The position numbers were made by a program, and so were the translations under genes. Of a stretch of 64,000 nucleotides of DNA, positions 12,091 through 24,479 are shown piece after piece. Every line of letters starts with the position of its first letter. Position 1 is the first letter of the stretch. The DNA is from Octopus vulgaris (lineage: Eukaryota), in NCBI GenBank assembly GCA_951406725.2, contig OX597816.1, positions 20,584,001 through 20,648,000 of the forward strand, in the 5' to 3' direction. Below the pieces are notes generated by a model. The model had not been told where the DNA came from. It worked only from the letters and a program-made list of their open reading frames with translations, and did no database searches.

Positions 12091-14160
12091 CATCATCATC
12101 ATCATCATCATCATCGTTTAACGTCCGTTTTCCGCGCTAGCACGGGTTGGACGGTTTCGACCGGGGTCTGGGGAGCCAGGGGCTGCCCCAGGCTCCAGTC
12201 TGGTCTGGCAGTGTTTCTACAGCTGGATGCCCTTCCTAACGCCAACCACTCCGCGAGTGTAGTGGGTGCTTTTTACGTGCCACCTGCACAGGTGCCAGAG
12301 GGGTCTGGCAACGGCCACAGTCGGTTGGTGCTTTTTATGTGCCACCTGCACAGAAGCCAGTCGGGGCGGTGCTGGCATCGGCCACGTTCGGATGGTGCTT
12401 TTTATGTGGGGGTGGGTGCAGAAATATAGGGGAGCACCAGCGGGGAGGGGTGTTTGGAGTGTTCATGTACTTGACTCAACAGGTCTCCTCAAGCACAGCA
12501 GGACGATCTGGGATCCGGGGTACTTTGAATGGGCAGGGGCTATGCGGAACTGATGCAGGAAGCAGCCCGGGTCTTTGCAGTCACAGCATATCTCCAGAGA
12601 TCTCGGTCCTTCGCCATTGCCTCGGTGAGGCCCAACGCTCTGAGGTCAAGCTTGACTGCCTCATCCCATGTCTTCCTGGGTCTACCTCTCCCCCTGATAC
12701 CTTCAACTGTTTGGGAGTGGCACTTCTTCACACATCTCTCCTCATCCATCCGCAGCACATGACCATACCATCGCAAGCGTCACTCTTGCACACCACATCT
12801 GATGCTTCTTATATCCAGCATTTCTCTCAGGATGCTTACACTCTGTCGTGCGTGCACACTGACATTACACATCCAGCGGATCATGCTAGCTTCATTTCTT
12901 TCAAGTCTACGCATGTCCTCTGCAGTCATAGCCCATGTTTCATTACCGTGAAGCATGGCGGTTCGCACACATGCATCATACAGTCTACCTTTCGCTCTGA
13001 GGGAGAGACCCTTTTTCGCCAGTAGGGGTAGGAGCTTTCTGAACTTTGCCCAGGCTATTCGTATTCTAGTGGTGATACTCTCTGTGCATCCACCTCCGCT
13101 ACTAACTTGGTCACCCAAGTAGCGGAAACTATCAACTACTTCTAGTTTCTCTCCCTGGAGTGTGATGGAATCTGCTTTCTGAGTGTCTGTGGTGTCTATT
13201 GTCCCTGTGCATCTGCCGCACATGAAGGCTATCTTATCTGTTAATTTCCCTTTAATGTTGCTGCACCTCTTGTGCGTCCATAGCTTACATTGGGTGCATC
13301 TTATGGAGTTTCTACCTGCACCTTTCCTACAGATTGAGCAGGGCCACCTACCCGAGGGGGTGTGTGCTGAGTACGCCTTGCTGCTTACTATTACTTTGGT
13401 CTTTGCTACATTTACTCTAAGGCCCTTTGATTCTAGCCCTTGCTTCCACACCCGAAATTTCTTTTCTAGTTCCGGTAGTGATTCTGCTATGAGAGCCAGG
13501 TCATCAGCATAGAGGAGCTCCCAGGGGCATCCTGTTTTGAATTCCTCTGTTATTGCCTGGAGGACTATGATGAATAGAAGGGGACTGAGGGCTGAGCCCT
13601 GGTGCACACCTACTTCTACCCGGAATTCTTCACTATATTCGTTGCCAATCCTAACCTTGCTGGCAGCCTCTCTGTATAGAGCCTGTACAGCCCTTATTAG
13701 CCATTCGTCAATCTCCAGTTTCCGCATCGACCACCAGATAAGGGAACGGGGGAACCCTGTCAAAGGCTTTCTCCAAGTCCACAAAGGCTATGTAGAGGTG
13801 TTTATCTTTAGCTAGGTACTTCTCCTGCAGTTGTCGGACCAGGAATATAGCATCAGTGGTGCTTCTACCTGGCACAAAACCGAACTGCATTTCATCTAAG
13901 CAAATTCTCTCCCTAATGAGATGGGTTATGACCCTCTCTGTGACCTTCATCACCTGGTCCAACAGTTTGATACCCCTGTAATTATTTCTATCTAGAGCAT
14001 CACCCTTACCCTTGTAGCAGTTGACTATGGTGCTGCTACGCCAGTCATTGGGTATGACTCCATTGTGAACTACCTGGTTTACAATGCGGGTGACTATGCC
14101 ATAGCCCACATAGCCAGCTGTTTTAAGCATCTCAGCAGTGATTCCTGATGGGCCGGGGGC
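12091..14160 (-). mobile_element. 5'-truncated RTE-clade LINE
   Basis: RT ORF remnants plus ~420-bp 3' UTR and (GAT)n tail. Confidence 0.92.
12540..14160 (-). pseudogene. RTE reverse transcriptase, frameshifted near 13755 with a stop at 12780; contains a PHD-like C4HC3 insert
   Basis: NYRGIKLL, QFGFVPGRSTTDAIF, FVDLEKAFDRVP, GVHQGSALSP, LLYADDL, FRYLG, RWYGHVLRM, RGRGRPRKTW. Confidence 0.92.
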
Positions 14161-14227
14161 TTAGAGACATATTGATGTTCACTACTATTATTTTTATTGT
14201 TATCATTATTATTATTATTATTATATT

Positions 14228-14262
<35 letters not shown>

Positions 14263-14892
14263 TATTATTATTATTCCTTTAAAGTACATTTTCCATGCTG
14301 GCATGGGTTGGATGGCTTGAGAGAGGTCTGGAAAGCCAGCAGCTGCACCAGGCTCCAATCTGATCTGGTAATGTTTCCACTGCTTGATGCCCTTCCTAAC
14401 GCCAAACACTCTGAGAATGTAATGGGTGCTTTTTACATGCTACCGGCATAGGAGCCAGTCAGGCTGGCCAGGCATCGATCATGCTCAGGTGGTACTTTTT
14501 ACTTGCCACCGGCACAAGTGACAGCCAGTGGGTACTAGCATCGGCCACAATCAGTTGGTGCTTTTTTATGTGTCACAGGCACAAGAGCCAGTCAGGCGGA
14601 CCTGAAATGGACCATGTGCACAGGGTACTATTTATGTGCCACCAGCACAGGAGCTAGTATGGGGGTGCTAGCATTGTTCACGTTTGGTTGGTGCATTTTA
14701 TGTGCCACCAGCATGGGTGGCAGTGAGGGGGCACTGGCTACAGGTACAATATTGGTTTTACTTGACTCAGCAGGTCTTCTCAAGCATATCATATTGCCCA
14801 ACATATCAGGGGTATTCTTAACTGGGCCGGGCATATGTGGCTGCGATCTCACTTTAGTTGCCTGGTCTTCACAATGACTGCATATCTCCAAA
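14228..14892 (-). mobile_element. Older RTE 3' end with five 3' UTR repeat units
   Basis: ORF end WRYAVIVKTRQLK* at about 14850-14890, repeated ggtgctttttatgtgccacc units, (CAT)n tail. Confidence 0.8.
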
Positions 14893-15454
14893 GGGGGTTG
14901 ACAGAATCATTAGCCCACTGGGCAAAATGCTCAGGGCACATTTCGTCCATCTTCATGTACCGAGCTGGCTTGCAATGGTTTGTTTACATCCCCATAACTT
15001 AGTGGTTTGGCAAAAGAGACCAATAAAATAAATACCCGACTTAAAAAAAAACAAAAAAAAACAAAGAGACATAAATGCTGGAGTTGATTTGTTTGACCAA
15101 AAACCCATCAAGGTAGAACTCCAGCATGGCCACAATACAATGACTGTTACAAGGAATACAAATAAAAGATAAGATCATTAGAATAGTCGCTATTACAACC
15201 ATTATTAATATTCTTACATACAGCGTCTTTATCGTCATCATCATCATCAACATCATTATTCACATCACCTTTATTAATTTCCTTATCATCATCATCATCA
15301 TTAACAGTAGGAGCAGAATCACCCCTATCACCATCAATATAATTGTTTGTATAACGAACACAACAAGTCTTGGTTTTGTTTCCATAAATTTCTTTTTTTT
15401 CCACCGTTTTGTCTTATTTAGCACTTTCATTATTAACTGTGCTTACATCTACTA

Positions 15455-15491
15455 AATCATCACTACCACCATCATCATTATCATCATCATC

Positions 15492-15524
<33 letters not shown>

Positions 15525-15562
15525 ATCATCATCAATACCAGCACCACCACCAACATCATCAC

Positions 15563-15606
<44 letters not shown>

Positions 15607-15641
15607 ACACCACCACCAACAACAACACTATCATCATCATT

Positions 15642-15672
<31 letters not shown>

Positions 15673-15729
15673 CACACCACCACCACCACCAACATCATCA
15701 TCATCATCATCACCACCACCACCACCACC

Positions 15730-15763
<34 letters not shown>

Positions 15764-16140
15764 CCACCACCACCACCACCACCACCACCACCATCATCAT
15801 CACCACCATCATCATCATCATCATCATCATCACCACCACCACCACCATCATCATCACCATCATCATCACCATCATCATCATCATCATCATCATCACCACC
15901 ACCACCACCAACACCAACACCATCACCATCATCACCATCATCATCATCATCATCATCATCATCACCATCATCATCACCACCATCACCAACACCACCACCA
16001 CCACCATCATCACCATCATCATCATCATCATCATCACCATCACCATCATCATCATCATCATCATCACCATCACCATCATCATCATCATCATCATCATCAT
16101 CGTCGTCGTCGTCGTCGTCGTCATCGTCATTGCCATCACA
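15455..16140. repeat. (CAT/CAC/CGT)n compound microsatellite
   Basis: Directly visible. Confidence 0.95.
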
Positions 16141-16534
16141 CAGTCATAAGAAGCTCCACTAACATTGTAGCCTCTTTACTTTTTATTGCCGCAATTAAAT
16201 GACACACAGAAAAAATGAGAACATATTCTAGCTGCTTCCTCAGCAGCTGTACTTTTACCAATTTTGGTTTTTTATTATATTCCTTTAGATATCATCTCTA
16301 TTAGTTCTATATTCTACGACACCATCATCGCCATCGTCTGTGGCACCACCTTAACCATCAAAACACTTCTGCTTTTATGATTACCATTATCATCAATAGC
16401 TGAGCACATCTTCACATCAAGCAAGCAAAGGAGCCTCTACATGGCCTTCTCAACTTCCTAAAAGTAGCAGCAAAAAATTTCTTGTTTCTTACCATTTTAA
16501 GATTGAATTAGAGAATATATTGAGTTATAGAGTA

Positions 16535-16985
16535 CTTTACTCTTATTCTTTTATTCTTTTACTTGTTTCAGTCATTTGACTGTGGCCATGCTGGAGCAGA
16601 GCCTTTAAGCCAAGCAAATCGACTCCAGGGCTTATTCTTTGGAAGCCTAGTACTTATTCTATCAGTCTCTTTTGCCAAACAGCTAAGTTATGGTGACGTC
16701 AACACACCAGCATCAGTTGTCAAGCAATGGTGGGGGGACAAACACAGATACACAAACATACACACACACACACGCACACATCCACACACACACACACACA
16801 CACATACATATATATATACATATATACGACGGGCTTCTTCCAGATTCCGTCTACCAAATCCACTCATAATGCTTTGGTCAACCCGAGGCTACAGTAGAAG
16901 ACACTTGCCCAAGGTGCCACGCAGTAGGACTGAACCAGGAACCATGTGGTTCGTAAGCAAGCTACTTATCACACAACCACTCCTA
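16535..16985 (-). mobile_element. SINE family A, full length
   Basis: Reverse complement of 7363-7772. Confidence 0.85.
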
Positions 16986-17621
16986 TACCTACTTTCTGGC
17001 ACCCTGTTACCAACTATCTTTTTCTCTCTTCTCGCTACTCTTACCAGCCCTCAAATAATGCAGAGATAGTTCTGTGTCTCCTCTACAGCAATACACCTGT
17101 GCTTGTTCCTCAATCGTCGTGAAGGAGCATGGCTCAGTGGTTAGAGCAGCAAGCTTATGATCGTGAGGTTGTGAGCTCAAATCCCGGGCCAGGCTGCATG
17201 TTGTGTTCTTGATCAAGACACTTTATTTCACGTTGTTCCAGTTCACATCAGCTGTAGAAATGAGTTGCAACGTCACATGTGCCAAACTGTGATGTAAGAG
17301 AGTCAAGACTATTGAAAAGATTGCAAGACACAAAGAAAAGAATATTGAAAATATTGCAAGAAGCAACGAAAATATATCCATTTACATTCTTACAGATTTT
17401 CCACCTGCTTGGCATCTTTCATATTTTTTGTCATTAGGCACAGGTGTGGCTATATGCAAAAGAGTGGTTGTGTGGTAAGTAGCTTGCTTACCAACCACAT
17501 GGTTCTGGGTTCAGTCCCACTGCATGGCACCTTACGCAAGTGTTTTCTACTATAACCTCAAGCTGACCAAAACCTTGTGAGTATATTTAGTAGAGGGAAA
17601 CTGAAAGAAGCCCAACGTATA

Positions 17622-18008
17622 TCTCTCTATATGTAAACGGCAGTTTGTCTGTGTGTGTTTCTGTGTGTCTGTTTGGTTGTACCCTCACCCTGACCACGGC
17701 TTTCAACCGATTCTGATGGAACTTGACACACACATAGCCCAATGTCATAATTCAAAACTAACGCAGCGAAAATTTTGAAAAGTTCCCCCAGTTCTGAAAA
17801 AGATCGATAAATTCGACATGGGGTCGACAATCAGAAACACAAACCACAGATGGTCTAGGGGACGCAACTCGACCTTTTTAACTATCAAAAAAAAATTTAC
17901 TATCATTTTTTTTTCCCATATTTTTGCTATTTTTTGGCTATAACTCTCTAAAAATGCTTTATAGTTATTTCCCTTACAAACACGAGCAACGCCAGGCGAT
18001 ACTGCTAG
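17622..18008 (+). mobile_element. Non-autonomous Helitron (body type 3)
   Basis: A|TC...CTAG|T termini; last ~70 bp shared with 8453-8966. Confidence 0.8.
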
Positions 18009-18034
18009 TATATATATATATGTGTGTGTGTGTG

Positions 18035-18090
<56 letters not shown>

Positions 18091-18137
18091 TATATAGAGG
18101 AGTATATATATATATATATATATAAGTGAGATATGTA

Positions 18138-18494
18138 TTAGGTTGGCAACTAAGTTCCCACTGTGTTTTTAAATTTTGGTATGTATTTTTAAAAGAATTA
18201 TATTTTTGAATCATTTTGGAATCTATTTTGTTTTTTTTCTAGTTAATTTTACATAATTTTTCTTTATTTTCAGATCATTAAAATGGAATGTCAAGTTAAG
18301 AAAAACGACCATTTTCGACACCTACTTCTTTTTGCGTTTAATCAAGGCCCTATGGTCGCAAAACCTGCTCGCAACATTTGTGCCATGTATGGAGAGGGTG
18401 TCATAGCTGAAAGAACTGCACATGATTATTTTTTATTAAACATTTTTTTAAATTTTAATTTAAAAAAACAGTGGGAACTTAGCTGCCAACCCAA
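18138..18494 (+). mobile_element. Internally deleted mariner (MITE-like)
   Basis: TA|TTAGGTTGGCAACTAAGTTCCC ... GGGAACTTAGCTGCCAACCCAA|TA; transposase N-terminus MECQVKKNDHFRHLLLFAFNQG...ARNICAMYGEGVIAERT from 18283. Confidence 0.88.
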
Positions 18495-19033
18495 TATATA
18501 TATATGCATATGTTTGTGTGTCTGTGTTTGTTCCCCAACCATCGCTTTACAACCAATGTTGGTGTGTTTACATCCCTATAACTTAGTAGTTCAGCAAAAC
18601 AGACCAATAGAATACAAAGAATAAGTCCTGCGATTGATTTCTTTGACTAAGGTGGTGTTCCAGCATGGCCGCAGTATATTTTACTAAAACAAATAAAAGA
18701 ATACGAGGCAATTTTTGTCATATATGAGGCCATTTTATTCAAAAACCAATTAAAAACATAATGCCAAGGAGTTTAAGTCATGTAACCTGTGTGACTGGAC
18801 ATTTCCCAGACTATCTCCTTCTGAGGACAGGATTTTGTGCCTGAGATATAAAGGATATAAAGGTCTTTGTTAAACTTTCCACATTGTCAGAAGCTTTCTT
18901 ATTTTTCCCTTCAACATGGTTCTGGGTTCAGTCCCACTGCATGGCATCTTGCGCAAGTGTCTTCTACTATAAACTCGGGTTGACCAAAACATTGTGAGTA
19001 GATTTAGTAGAGGGAAACTGAAAGAAGCCCAAC

Positions 19034-19119
<86 letters not shown>

Positions 19120-19240
19120 GCATACATATATATCATCATCATCGTTTAGCGTCCGTTTTCCATGCTAGCATGGGTTGGACGGTTCTACTGGGGCCTGTGA
19201 AGCCAGAAGGCTTCATCAGGCCATATATATATATATATAT

Positions 19241-19960
19241 AAAATATTTATCCCTATATTATTGCGGCGTTACGTGCACCCCCCCCCCCCCGTTTGTTTA
19301 TCCAATTTTAAACCCTGCACGACTTCTATATACTTTCTCTTTCCTATCCACCATTGCTTCTTGACCAAACTATTTTGGCACCCTCGTTTCTTCCCCCTCT
19401 TCCTCCCATCCTCCTCAATCCCTTCTTTCTCTTTTTCTCTTGGTCACTGACTGATTCTGTCCCCTGCCTTCCACTCTCTTTGATTCCCTCTCTCTCTGTC
19501 TCTCTTTCTCTCTCTCCCCTGCAACCTGCTGCTTCTCAACCATTTCGTTGGCGATCGTATCTCGCCAACATGTGTATGTGTCCCCTCTACCGAAAAGGTA
19601 ATTATTTCTACGCCAGCTGCTATGTTGTTGTTGTTTTTGTCTCATTTGGTATAAAGTCGTAAGACAACCACCGTTATATATATTTTGTTTAACCATTACC
19701 GTTTTCAATTTCGTTTTCGTCTCTCATATTTACATCCGTCTCGTGCGTTTACATTCTTGTCTTCTACCAAGAAATCTAATGCCTACAGCTTAGTTTTTTT
19801 CTTGGGGCTGGCCGAGTTGGAGCAAATATCAGAATTGAACAGCCGAAATTTGCGATGATGATTCGGTGTCTGACTGAAGAATGAAGGCTTCGAATGATTT
19901 GTCTGTGTTCCGTGTTTGTCCCTTCCTGTATTTCACGTTCTTTATATATAAAATATTTAT

Positions 19961-19967
<7 letters not shown>
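19241..19967 (+). mobile_element. Unclassified, possibly Penelope-like insert bounded by 18-bp direct repeats
   Basis: aaaatatttatccctata at 19241-19258 and 19950-19967, both in (TA)n; CTGAAGA..gaaggcttcGAAT motif near 19874-19896. Confidence 0.4.
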
Positions 19968-20000
<33 letters not shown>

Positions 20001-20188
20001 GTGAGACATGTATTAGTTTGGCAACTATGTTCCCACTGTGTTTTTAAATTTTGGAATCTATTTTTTCGAGAATTCTTTTTTTGAAACATTTTGGAATCTA
20101 TTTTGTTTTTTCTTTTATAGATAATTTTACATAATTTTTCTTTATTTTCAGATCATTATCAATTTTTACTCATTCATCATCATTTGTA

Positions 20189-20227
<39 letters not shown>

Positions 20228-20672
20228 TAGTCTTTATGTTTCTCACCCCCACAATTGTTTTGATTACCAATGCTGGTTATGTCTCCGTAAGGTAGATGTG
20301 GCAGTTCAGCAAAAGTGACTGATAGAATAAATACCAAATTTCAAAAATAAGTACTTATCATCATCTTCATCATTATCATCATCATTATCCCCCTCCTCCT
20401 CATCCTTATCATCATCACCATTACCCCCTCCTTCTCCTCCTCCTCCTCATCATCATCATCACCATTATCCTCATTATCATCATCATCGTCCCCTTCCTCC
20501 TTCTCCTCCAACTCCTCATCCTCATCATCACTGTTCAACGTCAGCCCTCCATGGAAGTCAACATAACAGCCTTGATTTTTTTATTCCACCTCAACCCTAT
20601 GAGGCAATGGTCCAGCATGGCTGCTGTCCAATGACTGAAACAAGCAAAAGATACTGCTAAAACATCATTTAG

Positions 20673-20905
20673 AAATACCTATTTCTTTATTACCCACAAG
20701 GGGCTAAACATAGAGGGGACAAACAAGGACAGACATAGGTATTAAGTCGATTACATCGACCCCAGTGCGGAACTGGTACTTAATTTATCAATCCCGAAAG
20801 GATGAAAGGCAAAGTCGACCTCGGCGGAATTTGAACTCAGAACGTAACGACAAACGAAATACCTCTAAGCATTTCGCCCAGCGTGCTAACTTTTCTGCCA
20901 ACACC
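20673..20905 (-). mobile_element. SINE family B
   Basis: Same family as 10508-11170; other copies at 21815-22245 (two), 26840-26990, 40500-40690, 41190-41400, 50770-50990, 51437-51620, 61045-61290. Confidence 0.8.
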
Positions 20906-22467
20906 TGCATGGTGTGGCCGACTCCTCTAAACTCACTGAATTACACATTATCATTCTGAATTGCGTACCAACTCATTATTTAGCACCTCAGCACCCTTAT
21001 CTATATCCCAAACAAGATTTTGAGATTCATAATGCTTTAATGCTTTAATAAATTTTTATATAATTTAAGAAAGCATGTGATTTAAAACCTCAATTAATTT
21101 AAGGAAATTAGAAGCAATTCTCATAAATCATCTTTCTTTGCTTAATTGTTTAATCAAAAATAAAATTGACAGCTATTTGTGAAAAGGATTTTTACAGGTG
21201 ATATGAGTTTCGTGTGTCGTCACGTTTGATCGGATTATCAGTTTGATGACGACAGGTATTGTGGTCTCTTCTGGTTACGTGTCATTTCAATTTTTCTTTT
21301 ATGACATTCTCTTACACCATTCACTGGAATATCAATGGGAAGCATCGCTTAACGGCAGATGATTGATTGATGTTTGGTTTGTTCAATCATACATCTTCAT
21401 AAAATGTGGATTTACTTGAGCCACCAAGTGAACCAAGATCTAAAGGGTTGTTTAGTTGGCTAGGAATAGGAACCAGATCTCTCTTGTAACCACATCTTAT
21501 AATCCATTACAATCCATCCAAAGTAAAAAAAAATTCCTGAATATAAAAAAATATCTAAAACAAAACAAAACAAATGAGACAATCATGGTTTCAATTCCTT
21601 TGATCCTGGATCTGCTTGATCAGAGTTTATTCAGGGCTTCACACAAATATGCTTCATAAAAATGAACCCACTGTTGTTGCCTATAAATAATACTTTCAAG
21701 CTCATCCAGATATGGAGAAGTGAAAAAGAAGGTCAGATAGGGTTGAGGTACTTTGGTTGTTATGATTGTTAAGCAGCAAAATGAAATTTGGAAAGAAACC
21801 AATTAGGTGCTATTTACCTAGGCACAAGGCTCGAAATTTTGCAGGGGAGGGAGCTAGTTGATTAAATCGATCCCATTATGCAATAGGGACTTAATTTATT
21901 GACCCCCAAAAGAATGAATGGCAAAGTCAACCTTAGTGGAATTTGAAGTCAGAATGTTAAGATGGATGAAATACCATTAAGCATTTCACCCGGCGTGCTA
22001 ATATTTCTGTCAGCTCACCACCTTTAAAAATATCCTTTTCTACTCTTGGCACAAGGCCCGAAATTTTGAGGGAGGAGGCCAGTTGATTAGATCAACCCCA
22101 GTATGCAACTGGTATTTAATTTGTTGATCCTGAAATGATAAAAGTCAAAGTCGACAGAATTTGAACTCAGAACGTAAAGACAGGCAAAATATCGCTAAGC
22201 CTTTCACCCAGTGTGCTAACTATTCTGCCAGATCACTGCCTTCAAACAGGTGCAATATTAAAACAATTCAAGAAAAAAAATTTTTCCATCACATTAACAT
22301 TACTGTGAAAGAATTTCATTTCAGACAAATCCAATTAAATGTGTTCAGTAAAACATTTGTCACTGTTCCTTCACAATTTCTGCATATTTCTTAGCTTTAT
22401 TTTAGCATTTTTCATTTTATATAATTTGAACTTAAATACTAGATTTAGCTTTAATACCAAAATTATA

Positions 22468-23740
22468 TAGGGTCATTCCATAAATAATGCAGTTTTTTCA
22501 GTTGTATTAACTAAAAGTGGGAGAGAGATGGGATAAAGTACCTGCATCAACTTGCTATAAAAGCAGGTAGTAATATCATCTTGTGCTTATTCTTAGTGCA
22601 AGTTTTGAAGTGTGCAGTTCGATTTTAACAGTTATGTTTTCAAAGCTATAATGGAAGTGACAAAGGAGCATATTCGGCATATTTTGCTTTTTGAGTTCAA
22701 TAAAGGCAACAACGCAACGGAAAGTGTGGGAAATGTTAGTGCAGTATATGGGGATCAGAAAATAAGTATAAGCCAGGGTAAACAGTGGTTCCAGAATTTC
22801 TGAGCCGGAAAATACAGCCTAGAAAACGAGCCTTTTCCTGGAAGATCTGTAGAGCTTGACAAGGATGTCCTGCAAACCCTGGTGGAACAAAACCCCATAG
22901 CAACTGCTGAGGAACTAGCAGAGAAGCTTGGATTTGTTCATTCAACCATTCATCAACACTTTGCATGCCATCAGAACAGTCAGCAAACTGGGTCGATGTG
23001 TTCCTCAGAAACTTTCCAAGTCTAATCGTGCACAGAAAGTGAATGTGTGCTCTTCTTTGCTGTCACATCACACGAATGAGCATTTTTTGGACCAAACAGG
23101 GACTGGTGATGAGAAACGGGTCCTCTATATTAATATTATGCATCGAAAACAGTGAGTACAGAAAGAAGAAACACCAGCATCCCAGGCTAAAGAAGGTCTT
23201 CACTCACATGAGGTGTTGTTATCTATTTTGTGAGGTATGAAAGGTTTAGTCAACTTTGAACTTTTAAATCCAAACCAAACAATAACAAAGATCTACTGCA
23301 AGCAGCACAAGTGACTTAAGTCAGCGTTAGAAGAAAAATGACCATCATTGCTTCAAGACAAAAGGTATTCTTACATCAGGATAATTCTCAGTCACATACA
23401 GCAAGGATAACATTCCAAAGACTGGAGCAGTTTGAACGGGAGACGATGCCCCACCCACCATATTCACCAGACATTACCCCATCTGATTATGATTTATTCT
23501 GCAGTCTTCAAAATTATTTGGACAGAAAAAATATGAATTCTGTAGACAAGGTCAGAACAGTACTGGAGGAGTAATTTTCGTCACAGACAAGTGAATTTTG
23601 GAAGAGGGGACTTGCAGCTCTACCAGATAGATGGAAATGCATTGTAGAAAATGAAAGAGAGTATATTTTAGATTAAAAAAGATATTTCTTTATCTTAATT
23701 TTGAAAAATAAAAGTATTAAAAAATCGCATTATTCATTTA
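22468..23740 (+). mobile_element. Decayed, nearly full-length mariner (DD34D) transposon
   Basis: Left end gggtcattccataaataatgcagtttttt and partial right TIR aaaaaatcgcattatt; transposase relic from 22651: MEVTKEHIRHILLFEFNKG, TGDEKRV, FLHQDN, PHPPYSPDITPSDY; several stops and frameshifts. Confidence 0.9.
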
Positions 23741-23744
23741 TTCT

Positions 23745-24108
23745 TATGTGCCGGTGGCACATAAAAACCACAATTCAAGTGCGATCATTACCAGCATCGC
23801 CTTACTGGCACTTGTGCCGGTGGCACGTGAAAAACAACATTCGAGCAAGGTCATTGCCAGTGCCGCTGGACTGGCTCCTGTACAGGTGGCACATAACAAA
23901 CACCATTTGAGTGTGGCCATCGCCAGTAATGTCTGACTGGCCCTCGTGACAGTGGTATGTAAAAGCACCCTCTGCATTCTCGGAGTGGTTGGCATTAGGA
24001 AGGGTATCCAGCTGTAGAAACTCTGCCAGATCAGACTGGAGCCTGGTTCAGCCATCTGGCTTGCCAGTCCTCAGTCAAACCATCCAAAGATGATGATGAT
24101 GATGATGA
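23745..24108 (+). mobile_element. RTE 3' UTR fragment with repeat units and (GAT)n tail
   Basis: tgtgccggtggcac(a/g)t..aaaa units; abuts the truncated mariner right TIR. Confidence 0.8.
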
Positions 24109-24134
24109 ATTAATATCATAATTGTCATCAGTAA

Positions 24135-24326
24135 ATGGACCACAACAGCGCTGTAGATTAAGGTAAGCATGGAGGTGACAGGTGGAGGAGGAGATTAGGA
24201 GTGTCAGTTTGAGAAAGGAGGACGCCCAAAACCGAGCAAGATGGTGAGATGGTGTGAGGGCAGTTGCTATGGCATTGAGGTAGATCTGGCCACTCCTGTT
24301 AACAGGGAGAAACCCTGGATGATGAT
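24135..24326 (+). mobile_element. 3' end of a second RTE-like LINE family
   Basis: Translation ...QVEEEIRSVSLRKEDAQNRARW.DGVRAVA, then a short UTR and gatgatgat. Confidence 0.55.
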
Positions 24327-24447
24327 AAGTTAGCATTTATTTGTCCATGCTGGCATGTGTTGAAATGACAGACCCTCAGCTTACTAGCTGTGGTCAAACT
24401 CTCTAGCATTGGCAAATGGACACTAAGTGATGATGATGATAACGATG

Positions 24448-24479
<32 letters not shown>

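Larger units (their letters stand above)
17437..18702 (+). mobile_element. SINE family A split by a nested Helitron and a mariner MITE
   Basis: Head 17437-17620, 3' half about 18500-18702; both inserts lie in its internal (TA)n. Confidence 0.8.

Noticed and set aside
12339-13815. Plus-strand ORFs of 228, 109 and 92 aa
   Set aside because: Antisense shadows of the RTE ORF.
12262-14745. CRISPR-like look of conserved repeat plus variable segment in RTE 3' UTRs
   Set aside because: The variable parts are homologous to each other, the array lies within a LINE UTR, the context is eukaryotic and there are no cas genes.
21198-21255. Possible AG...GT bounded exon
   Set aside because: Stop codons in all three frames and a weak polypyrimidine tract.
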